A program made the position numbers and the translations under genes. Source: Octopus vulgaris (lineage: Eukaryota). Taken from it: a DNA stretch of 64,000 bases. The notes below the pieces were generated by a model. That model had not been told where the DNA came from. It saw only the letters and a program-made list of their open reading frames with translations, and made no database searches. Of the stretch, positions 53,088 to 64,000 are shown piece after piece (within the stretch, counting starts at the first letter, position 1; every line of letters begins with the position of its first letter). Where the stretch lies: assembly GCA_951406725.2 (NCBI GenBank), contig OX597834.1, forward strand, positions 19,158,001-19,222,000, read 5' to 3'.

Positions 53088-53469
53088 TCTATAAAAGAGA
53101 GGTTGTGTGCTGTCTGTCTCCTACGATTTAGATTCCTAACTACTCCCACATTTTGCAGTACAGTTTAACCAAAGTCTTAAAGTCGTGATTCATATCGAGC
53201 CTTTCTGGGTATTAGCGCGCATCTACAATGAGTCTACGATTTAAAAAAAAATTTACCATCAATTTTTCCCATTTTAATGCATTTTTGGCATATATAAGGG
53301 AAGTAACTCTCTAAAAATTTATTATTAAATCTCAGAACGTAAAAAGCTACAGTAACACCCCACCTTTGTGGTTAGCCATATTGAGATGGCTATTATACTT
53401 TACATCTCTAAAAATGCTTATATAGTTACTTCCCTTACAAACCCGAGCAACGCCTGGCAATACTGCTAG
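53088..53469 (+). mobile_element. Non-autonomous Helitron
   Basis: A|TC start, subterminal hairpin CCCGAGCAACGCCTGG, CTAG|T end, no TSD. Confidence 0.75.
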
Positions 53470-53959
53470 TAAAGTATAAAGAATTGATCTGTCCACTTTC
53501 CATACTGGTAGTCCAACCCTTTCCAGCATGCAAAGTGGACATAAAAGGAAGCTGGTACTAGCATTAGTAACGGTGCATCGTATAGAACCTTGGTATGGTA
53601 AATGAATTTCAGTTAACACTCATAATGAATATTTAATTGTTTGACTAACTGTACTCAATGCTTATGGATTAGCATGTTGATGGCTGAGTATTCCTCAGAT
53701 TCATGTATCCTTAATTTGATTCCAAAGCAGAATCAGTGTGATACAGTGTGCAACAAGGCTGTACCTTTGAAATACTGGTACAGTCAATCCAACAGGCTTC
53801 CATATAGTTTCTGTCTCACCAGTTAAAACTTACAAGGCTTGGGTTAACCTGAGGCAATGATAAAAGACGAGTATTCTCTCTAAGCTTTCATTTGGTTGCA
53901 ATTATGCTTTCGAGTGTAAAACAAAACAACAACAACAAAAAAAAAGAGTTTTCGTTTCT

Positions 53960-54370
53960 TATTTCTTTACTGCCTACAAGGGGCTACACACAGAGCGGAC
54001 AAACAAAGACAGACAAACGTATTAAGTCGATTATATCGACCTCAGTGCATAACTGCTACTTATTTAATCCTGAAAGGAGGAAAGGCAAAGTCGATCTCAG
54101 CGGAATTTGAACTCAGAACGTAGAGGCAGACGAAATACCTATTTCTTTACTACCCACATGGGGATAAACACAGAGGGGACAAACAAAGACAGACACACGG
54201 ATTAAGTCGATTACATCGACCCCAGTGCGTAACTGGTACTTATTTAATCGACCCCAAAAGGATGAAAGGCAAAGTTGACCTTGGTGGAATTTGAACTCAG
54301 AACGTAATGGCAGACGAAATACTGCTAAGCATTTCACCCAGTGTACTAACGTTTTTGCCAGCTCACCGCC
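53960..54370 (-). mobile_element. Family-B SINE dimer with 15-bp TSD
   Basis: AGAGTTTTC(G/A)TTTCT at 53945-53959 and 54377-54391; same internal junction as 39926-40338. Confidence 0.88.
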
Positions 54371-55605
54371 TTGAAGAGAGTTTTCATTTCTGTCAGACAG
54401 ACTAAGAAGATATTGTAAATTAGTGTTGTCAACCAATCTCATCCAACCATAAAATATCTTAAGTCAAGATAAGATAATAGCAACATATTCTCATGGTAAT
54501 TGTTCTCTGAGATTATCTCATGATAGTCTATCTTGTTTTATCAATAATGTGTTGATAATTATTAAAGCAAATCTCTTGTGAATATATAATATTGCTCAGG
54601 ATACCTTACACTGGAATTGAACCTGAGACCAAGAAAATTGCAAAACAAATTTCTTAAACATTATAGAGAATACATTACAGAAAGTTCATTAAATGTGAAA
54701 TGGAGGAACAAAATGAAAATATTTATGAGTAAAAATCATTAATAAGTGGAGGGTAATTAATTAACAATGTTAATTATTGCTAGTTAATTAACAAATTTTC
54801 TGATCTGGTGTAAATGCTTCAGTTAATTTCTTCACATAGAAATAGCTCTGACAATCTTCCCCTATTAACTAGTATTATCTGAAGAATTCCAGTTTTATTG
54901 AATTGGTTAATACATTTTTGACATTTTTATCTCTGTTGTTTGGAGAGATGCTGACTGTTATTATTTGATAAATTTTATTTATTAAATGATATTTAAAAAA
55001 AAAAAAACGTAGCTGTTAATCTGGAATGAAGTAAATATTTTTTTTTTCTTTCTGGATGTTGATACTGAGTTTGCATTTTGTATTATCATTGAGATGGATA
55101 GTGGGAGGTTCTATAAATAAAGAGAATAAAAATAAAATAATTAATTGTGACTAATGAGCTAGCTGCTGTAAAATGGGAAATGGTTGTTATATTAAGGCAG
55201 TTTAAAAACCATAAAAATTTCTTAATGTTAAATATAATTTCTAAACAAAATAAAACGAAAAAAAAAAAAATGAATAATTGAAAATGAGAGTTCAAGAAAA
55301 AAAATCTATAGAACAAATATTTAAGAGAATTCCTTCAAATGTATAAAGAAAGAGGAAAGACTCATATATCATCTCTTCATAAAACTACTGTGTTTCTCAA
55401 GACAGCTGGTAAATGACTAGAGTTGTTGTACTTGCAAAGAGATGATTTACTGGAAGGATGGTTAGCCAATCCTGACACATTCAGCTGTTCTTGAGGGTCA
55501 TCAGATAGAATATTGTCATAGATTTATTATTTTGTCAATGCTTTTTTTTTTGCTTGTTTTCTTTCTGTCATTTTCCCATTATTATTTATTTAAACATTTC
55601 AGAAC

Positions 55606-55656
<51 letters not shown>

Positions 55657-56827
55657 GGTTGTTGTAGCAGCTAGTATTGAAGTTTTAGTAGCCATCTCAC
55701 TAAGAAGTGTTGCTGTAGTTTAGTGGTTTCAAAATGGTATATTCCCTTTGGAAAATTGAGAAATGCAATTTTTTTTATAGATTTACTAGTTTATGTATTT
55801 ACTTCGAATTTTTTTTGGGCCTGAAGAAAAACCATTTGCATGTAGACATTCATTTTACCATTTTATATTTCTTGTACAGAACTCCGATATTTAACATCTC
55901 AATAGAAGAATTTAAATCTTTAAAATATGCACTTTTAGTTTTTTCTTCCCTTCTCTCTCTTCAGAATATTTAAATTAAAAAAACAAAAGCAACAAACAAA
56001 CAAATAATTTCTTATGATATTTATAATTATTTTCTGAACTGATAGTTTTATTATATATTTTACTCAAATGTATGCTTTTTTTTTTTTTTTGAATATGGTT
56101 TTATTTGTTCACCAACTGTTTTAGTGCATTTGTGGTAGATTTGCATTTCTTTTATGGGAAAAGATTTTCAAAACGTTCTCTAGTAAGAACAGAACCCTCT
56201 AGTCTCCTTCCTTCAAAAGCACCAACACATCAATAAGAGACTTGAAATATCTCCACTCTACACATGAACAGTATACAATCAAACCGACATCACACCACCA
56301 CCCTGAAATCTTTCAATACCAATCTCTGCCTGAGATTGCCTCTGGTCCTGCAATACAAAACCGTCCATTTTTAAATGCTTCTAATTTTATGCAAGAAGCT
56401 TTTGTTAAGTGTTGTTTGAAACACCAACTGGTGCATTTGTTATAAATCATTTGAACTGGCTCAGTGTAAATTTCAATAAGACTCATTCATACTAATTGCC
56501 CTTGTCCAATGATAGTGTTACAATTGTTAAAGAGTGTTCGCTTGGCTGTGTACGAAGGAAGTACTCTCTCCTTCATAAAACCAAGAGTTATTGTTATACT
56601 AGTAATATTAATATGAAGAAGAAAATGCTCTTGTTATGAGCCATTGATCTTCGCTAATTATAGTGTTGTTATTATATTGTGCACTTACAATAAAATATAG
56701 TTATTATGTAGTAAAGATTCTTTGTGGTGTATACACACACACACACACAAATCAGTGAATATCTATTAAGGTTCATTGCTATCTGGGTTTGATACATTCT
56801 GTGTTAGCAAAAGCAGAATGCTCAATG

Positions 56828-56883
<56 letters not shown>

Positions 56884-58477
56884 GTATATATATCTGTATG
56901 TATGTATATATATCTGTATGTATATATATATATATATATCTGTATGTATGTATATATGATGATGATGATGATGATATTCATGTATATATATATATATGTG
57001 TGTGTGTGTATATATTTGCAGTGTAATATGTAGAATTCGTTATACAAGGAGTGGTGCAAGCACAAATCAAAACCCAAACATATTAATATATATAAAATTA
57101 AATTTTCTTATAAAGTATGTTTTTAAGTATACTTCACAATATATGGGCTGTATTAAGAAGTGCTCATTGCAAGCTAAATTGAAGGATAAGAGAAATTAGA
57201 GAAGGAACAAAACTAGGCAATCAGTACAAATTCCAAAGCATAATTTTAGAGCAAACAATGAAATAAATATACTTATAAATTTATGGAGATAAATGAATAG
57301 AATTACATGTAAAAGTTATATGTGAAAACTATGCATCATGTGTATTGAGTTCACATACTGAATGGAGACATGACAAATATAGAGATAAATATCCAATTGA
57401 AGGGCTTCCAAATGGAAATGTTCCAATCAATTAAAAATTTGATCTTTATATGAGTTATTGGATGAGAGTTTAGAATTTAAAATTCGGAGGTAAATAAATT
57501 TGGTAAAATATTATTACATAAGATAAATATACAAACTTGGGGTTAAAAGACATCATCTACAGCTGTTTCGTGCGTACATTAAGTGTATAAATGGCGTTTT
57601 AAGTATTTCTTTTGGAAGCCCTTACCTTGAATTTTTATCTCTATATTTGCCTCGTAATTTTGTTCGCTGATTTAGAGTAGAAAAGAATAAATATTCTACA
57701 GCCTGCATTTAGTATTCTTTGTTGCATATGTTCACCTTCTCTCAAATAGATACTCTATTGCTAGTTTCAGCTCAAGAACTGTAGCCACGCTGAGGTACAC
57801 ATGCACACATATATAATGCAATCAATAAAATATGTCGTAGAGACAATTAGATTAATAAAACTTCTCTCTAATTCTCATTTGCGTATTTTTGTTTGGCTTC
57901 TGCTTTTGGAGAGAGTGAGACCAAGAGAGAGTGAGACCAAGAGTGAGTGAATTATAAGATGTGCGAGTGTGTGTGTATTGTGCGTGCGTGCATGTGTGTG
58001 TGTATGAGTGCATTGGCAATAATATAGGGTGTTAAAGAGAGATTATATTGACGTGGTAGCATTGTACTCCAGCTTACGTGTCACTTCACCCATCATTAGA
58101 ATTCTATCATTGAGCAAGGATTTTAGTACTTCTGTACCGTGCATGCTATCCCAATTGTGATCATCAGTTGATTAAATCACCTCAATATTTGACCTTTCAT
58201 CGATCACAGATGTATGAAAGATGAAATTGACCTTTGCAGGATTTGCTCTCAGAACATGAAGAACATTTTGTCTGAGACTCTCCTGATTCTGTTAACCCAC
58301 CCCTCCTAACATTTATTCTAATTAATTACTGTTAATTGAATTGTTATTTAGTTAAAATTTCCACAGAAGATATTAACAATTCCTGTATACTGTAGATTAT
58401 AATAATAGCACCTGAATTAGTTTCAAATGTGGAAATCCGTCTTGTGGTAGAACTGAAAATTTCTAACATTAAAATAT

Positions 58478-58756
58478 TATTCTGTTGTGTCTGGGGAGAG
58501 TCATTCTCTTTTAGTGCCTTATTATTTAACACACTCACCGGTAAAATTTCCACTTATTTCTTATTTTTATTCTCTAAACTTTTCGTTGCGTGTTGCAACC
58601 TTTTCAATAATCTTGACTCTGTCCGTGGCAAAAGGTTGCAACACACAACGAAAATTTTAGAGAATAAAAATAAGAAATAAGTGGAAATTTTACCAGTGAG
58701 TGTGTTAAATAATAAGGCACTAAAAGACTATGACTCTCCTCAGACACAACAGAATA
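58478..58756. mobile_element. Foldback element with arms of about 127 bp
   Basis: 58478-58604/58630-58756; inner ends contain TTGAAAAG-GTTGC..GCAAC-GAAA (hammerhead-like). Confidence 0.75.
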
Positions 58757-59064
58757 TGCTTCAACATACGAACTCATATAAAAAATCTTGCAAACCAAAT
58801 CCAAAAACGAAATTAAAACATTATTTCTAGTCATTATATTTCCAAAGTTTGAAGTGGCAAACTTGCAGAATCACTATTCCACCAAACAAAATGCTTTAAA
58901 AGCATTTCTTCTAACTCTACATTCTGAGTTCAAATCCTGCTAAGGTAAACTTTACTTTTTACCCTTTCAGGATTAATAAAATAAGTACCTGTTATATACT
59001 GGGGTTGTTGTAATTGACTGACATATTCCACTCTAAAACTGCTGGTCATGAGCCAGAATTTGAA

Positions 59065-59335
59065 ACCTGGTACCTTGGACGAAGTATCCTCTACCAAAGC
59101 CTTGTGATTTGGTTTGGTAGACAAAAACTGTAAGAAGTCTGTCATACATTTTTATACATGTGTGTGTGTTTCTCCCTCACCATCACTAGTTTGATAACCG
59201 GTGTTGGTGTGTTTACATCCCCATAACTCAACAGTTTGGCAAGAAGTGACCAAACGAATAATTACCAGGCTTTAAGATTCTTTAAGGCGATGCCCCAGCA
59301 TGGCTGCAGTTTAATGACAAACAAGTAAAAGATAA
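59065..59335 (+). mobile_element. Family-A SINE, 5'-truncated and decayed
   Basis: CCAAAGCCTTGTGA..TTTGGTAGAC..CCAGCATGGCTGCAG..ACAAGTAAAAG. Confidence 0.7.
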
Positions 59336-59543
59336 AATATTAAAAAAAAGGAATTCCAATTCCTGGTTTAATGATTTGATTTATTTATTTATTCATTATT
59401 TGGTGACCTTATTTTATTTACTTTGCATTAACTTAGGTTTTGATTATTTCAATTCTCCTCATTTCTTTGTTTAGGTTCTTAATGCCTTATTTATTTCGGC
59501 TACTTCAAAATATGAAACTGTATCATTATATATTTGCATTGAG

Positions 59544-59594
<51 letters not shown>

Positions 59595-59598
59595 TATA

Positions 59599-59629
<31 letters not shown>

Positions 59630-61555
59630 CATTATTAATGGTAGTAATAATAATTATTATAATTATGGTCTTATTTGCATTCCCAATTAGAGAATAAACA
59701 TGAATTAATAAGGAGAAAAAAAAGTGGAAATTGTAGAAATATCTAATCATGATTATGATTACGTCGACAAGAACAGTTGCAGAGGAATAACTGATCTGGT
59801 GTATAATGAAAACACATGTCTGGTGGTTCTCGATGATGGTGATGGTTACCGTAAGGTGGAGGATGGCAGTGATGGCATCGTCATAAGCCAGTGCTGCAGC
59901 TAAAAATGGCACATTGCATGCAAAACGGAATTATTAATGGAGCATCTGGAAATAATAGCTGGGAATCAAAGGGAAAATAGGAAAAAACAAACAAAGCTGG
60001 ATAGGAATTAAACCTTTTAGAGTTTATTTCTGTCATGCAATCTTTAATAGAATAACAATGGATCGAGGTTTTGATGTTTGCTATGATCATTTCACAACCT
60101 CTCAAGGAATCCAATACAGTTTACATTCTCTCTTTTATCCTTTATGGTTTTACTTATTTGTTTACTTTATCCCATGGGATTGTTTTTTTTTTTTTTCTTT
60201 TAAATATTCATTAATCTTTCTCTTTAATTCATATATTTATTCATTTTTGTTTCTCATATTTTTTTTTTTTTTTTTCGTTTCGCTTTCTTTGTTTTATTTA
60301 TGTATTCCCCCTCCTCCTCCTCCTCCTCCTCCCCCTCTCTCTGTCTGCCTCTCTCTCTCTGTCTCTCTCTCTCCCTCTCTCTCTCTCCGCTCTCTCTCTC
60401 TCTCTCTTTTCACTTTTGAAGAAATTAATGTCTTCTGAATTTCTTTTGAATTTTTATCTGTTTTATAAAAGACTAAATTGTAATGGAAAATATTGCCGGC
60501 ATACCATTTCTCTAATTTTGAAAATTTATGTGAAGTTGGAAACAATTAGACATAGAATAATTAGTCTCGCCTCTGTGCGTGCTTTGTCGCATTAGTATCT
60601 GTGTGTGTGTCTGTGTGTTTATAGTTACTTTCACGAAGACGTGAGGATGAAATAAGTTTGGAAAATTCTTTAATGTTACTGATACTTAATTAGTATAAAC
60701 ACACACTCACATACACATGCAGACAGATAATTGGCATCACAGACAGTCAACTAGAAACAAACACATACAGAAATACCCACTCACATATACTGCACACATA
60801 CATCTACACAGATACATACACAGACACCCATATACAATACACAAACACACACACCACATTAAACTGGTTATATTTTGTTATTAAATGTTAAAGTGGCAGC
60901 AAGTTTTTGTAAACTCATTAGTTCATCAATTTTTGCACAAATACATGCATTTTCTTTTTGCTCTCTCTCCTCCTCCTCCTCCTCCTATCACTATATCTTC
61001 TCCTTCTTTCCCTCATGTTTCTCTCTCTTTCTCACACTCTGCTTTTCTATTTGTATGTCTGTCTGGAAACTATGCTAACATTTAATAATTTCAAAACTCA
61101 AAACTTACCAAATATTTGATGATTAATATCAAATTATTGAAATTATTGTGAGATTTCCCCAGATAATTTGTTATTTAATGCAAAGACAGACATTTTTACA
61201 GTAAATATCTCCATTTGTGTGTGAGTGCACGTGTGTGAGTGCATGTGTGTGTGTGTGTTTGTGTGTGTGTGAGTGCATGTGTGTGTGTGTATTCTTTTAT
61301 TGCTTTCAGGTTAATTATGTACTTTTATTACTTTCAGGACTGTGGCCATACTGTAGCTCTTTTTGTCAAAGGTTTACCTGATAATATCAACCCCAATACT
61401 TACTTCCCTTTGTTGCTTGCATTAACAGTTTCTATTTATCAAAAGCTAAGTTGTATTTTTGGACACAAAACCTGTTATAAACCAATAAACACAAACACAA
61501 GCATATCCTTATATGTGTGTGTATGCATGAATATATATATATATATATATATATA

Positions 61556-61995
61556 ATTTACAAAATAAGGGCAAAAGAAAAATTCTAATGCCAAATATGC
61601 CGAAAAAAAGACAAAATTGTCAATAACATTATAATTTATGCATCTCGAAACAAACTGATAGAAATTTCTTAAAATTCCATTATTACCGTATTAGTCCCAA
61701 TCATGTATTTATCGCTGAAGAGGGGAAAATTCTTATGAATTAACCCTGAAATTGGGACCAATACGGTAATAACGGATATTTTAGAAATTTCTATCGGTTT
61801 GTTTCGAGACGCATAAATTATAATGGTTATTGACAATTTTGTCTTTTTTTCGGCATATTTGACATTAGAATTTTTCTTTTGCCAAATATGCCAAAAATTA
61901 TTTATAAATTTAACCTTTAAAGGTATTTTTTGATATGCTGGCCATTGATAAAATTTTTTTCTCGTAAAAAAATTTTATCCTACATTAGTGGTATG
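61556..61995 (+). mobile_element. Foldback PLE-like mini-element after (TA)n
   Basis: Arms 61570-61701/61751-61883 surround and overlap a hammerhead. Confidence 0.8.
61709..61769 (+). ncRNA. Type-I hammerhead ribozyme with canonical core
   Basis: Stem I TTATCG/CGGTAA; CTGAAGA at 61715; stem II GGGG..AATTC(TTAT)GAATT..CCCT; GAAA at 61748; stem III ATTGG(GA)CCAAT; AUA site, predicted cut after 61763. Confidence 0.8.
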
Positions 61996-61996
61996 T

Positions 61997-62229
61997 ATCA
62001 TCATCATCATCGTCATTTAGCGTCCACTTTCCATGCTGGCATTGGTTGGACGGTGCAATTGGGGTCTGGGAAGCCAGAAGGCTGCACCAGGCCCAGTCTG
62101 ATCTAACAATGTTTCTACGGCTGGATGCCGTTCCTAACGCCAACCACTCCATGAGTGTAGTGGGTGCTTTTTACGTGCCACCGGCACAGGTGCCAGACAA
62201 ATCTGGCAAACGGCCAAGGTCGGATGGTA
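61997..62229 (-). mobile_element. Family-C element
   Basis: Colinear with 9605-9830. Confidence 0.87.
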
Positions 62230-62369
62230 TATATATCAATTCATGTGTTTGTGTGTATGTACGTACATTTGTGTGTGCATCAGGGCTGTCTCAACAGCAC
62301 AAGAGGCCTTCAAGCAAATCAGTACACCAGGCCCTACAATATTTATTTATTCATTGCAAGCTTCAACAT

Positions 62370-62597
62370 TGGCCTAGTGGTTAGGGCAGCGGACTTGCGG
62401 TCGGAGGATCGTGGTTTCGATTCCCAGACCGGGCGTTGTGTGTGTTTATTGAGCGAAAAAAACACCTAAAAGCTCCACGAGGCTCCGGCGGGATGTGGTG
62501 ATCCCTGCTGTACTATTTCACCACTCTAAAGGCGGTGCTCCAGCATGGCCGCAGTCAAATGACTGAAACAAGTACAAAAAAAAAAAAAAAAAAAAAT
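62370..62597 (+). mobile_element. Chimeric SINE: family-D head, family-A tail, poly(A)
   Basis: 62370-62525 matches 16852-17005, then TAAAGGCGGTGCTCCAGCATGGCCGCAGTCAAATGACTGAAACAAGTA and an A run. Confidence 0.8.
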
Positions 62598-63020
62598 TTA
62601 AAACATCCTTTAAAACTTCCATGCTTCCTGAAATTCACCAACATTACACCTGATATCCCGCCTCCATACGCATGCACACATGTATATCATGATTCTTACA
62701 CTATTCACTTTCTGTCTTTTGTACATAATTCAGTGTGCTGTACATGCACCTTTGATGAGTTGTAATGCACCTGAGCACTATACACAATAATTTCATTATT
62801 ATTTCATAGATCAGAATTAGGTCCCTAGATTCATGATGCCTCAGGGTACCTGCCAAGTGTGCACAGCATTGGTGTCCTTGCCTATATTCCCCATCTGTTA
62901 AGTTTTCATCTTGTTTCCTGTCTTCTCTGCTTTCATCTAACTTTTTCTCCTTGGTCTGTTCTGTCTGTTCAATCGTTGATACATCCCTGTAGCACAATGC
63001 ATACCCTTTTTGTTTACTTT

Positions 63021-63053
<33 letters not shown>

Positions 63054-64000
63054 ATATATGTGTATATGAATGTATATGTATATGTATGTGTGCATGTGTA
63101 TATACATATATGTGTGTGTGTATGCATGTATTAATGTGTGTATGGGTTTGTTTCTTTTATTCCAAAACTTTTATTGTTCTATCTGGATTCAGAAATTTTG
63201 GGCTGTTTTCAGAATTTGTGAGTGGCATCCCAGGTTTCAGGGCCATAGGTATTCCTTTAGTTTCTCTATCATCATCATCAAACTATGTGAAATAGTATTA
63301 TCATCTTGATGTATATGATAGCCAAGGAAACAATAGTCCAGTTAAAATATGAAGTACTAGATAAAGGGAATTATCCAATGCTAAAATGGAATGCTTCTAC
63401 AAATTAAATTGCAAAGGAAATGGATGCAGAAAGGCTAAACTTAAGACCCCAGCCAACCAATAACAGCATAGAAAACTGTTTCTTTTCCTCTCAATTAAAA
63501 TTAACCGAACAATATGGATATTTATTGTTGTTGTGTAGACTGATGAGCATAAGCGTTTCACATGTGGCAATCCAGACAATTATCTAAGACTACATTGTCC
63601 AGTGTGTCTTTTTCTGAAAAAAACAGTGTGATGTAATTTGAGAAATATTTAACTTCTATTTTTAGCAGATCAATTAACATTGCACAAACTGACCCCCCCC
63701 ACCCCACAACACCCTTTTTTTTTACTATATATATTTTTTCCCTGTAATGGTCAGCTGTTATTTAATAAAGAGCCTTAGATCAGCTTTGTCAACAATGGGG
63801 ACCTCTGCTTAGTTTGTCCTTTTAAAAATAGCAGCTGAATTTTACTCAAACTACTCTGTACATAATCTTTGATAAACAAAGATTTGATTATATAGCCCAG
63901 GGTACACTATCCCTGAATATGGAGGCTCATGGTTTGACTAACATTGATTAAATGTTTGTTTAAGCAAGGTTGACCTTGGGTTAAACAACAATAATAATAA

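Larger units (their letters stand above)
52619..54581. repeat. Inverted duplication of about 275 bp with a spacer of about 1 kb
   Basis: 52619-52893 is the reverse complement of 53873-54581 once the SINE dimer is removed. Confidence 0.92.

Overview
AT-rich, microsatellite-saturated animal genomic DNA, most likely an octopus or other coleoid cephalopod (inferred from the SINE repertoire and repeat density; not verified by search). No intact protein-coding gene is supported, and most tracked ORFs are microsatellite artefacts. The window looks intronic or intergenic and is a nested mosaic of several tRNA-derived and RTE-related SINE families (my working labels A-E), LINE fragments (RTE, CR1-like), a Buster/SPIN-type hAT transposon with a decayed transposase, hAT and piggyBac-type MITEs, a Helitron and Penelope-like element (PLE) remnants. 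The most notable pattern is a set of sequence-unrelated foldback mini-elements, mostly embedded in (TA)n tracts, that carry minimal type-I hammerhead ribozyme motifs. One at 61709-61769 has a fully canonical core and another sits just downstream of a PLE reverse-transcriptase remnant. Other highlights are a juxtaposed acceptor/donor AG|GTGAGT at 48841 (recursive splice site or short KKCC-ending last exon), long inverted duplications, very long target-site duplications (TSDs) and modular or dimeric SINEs. Boundaries of decayed copies are approximate.
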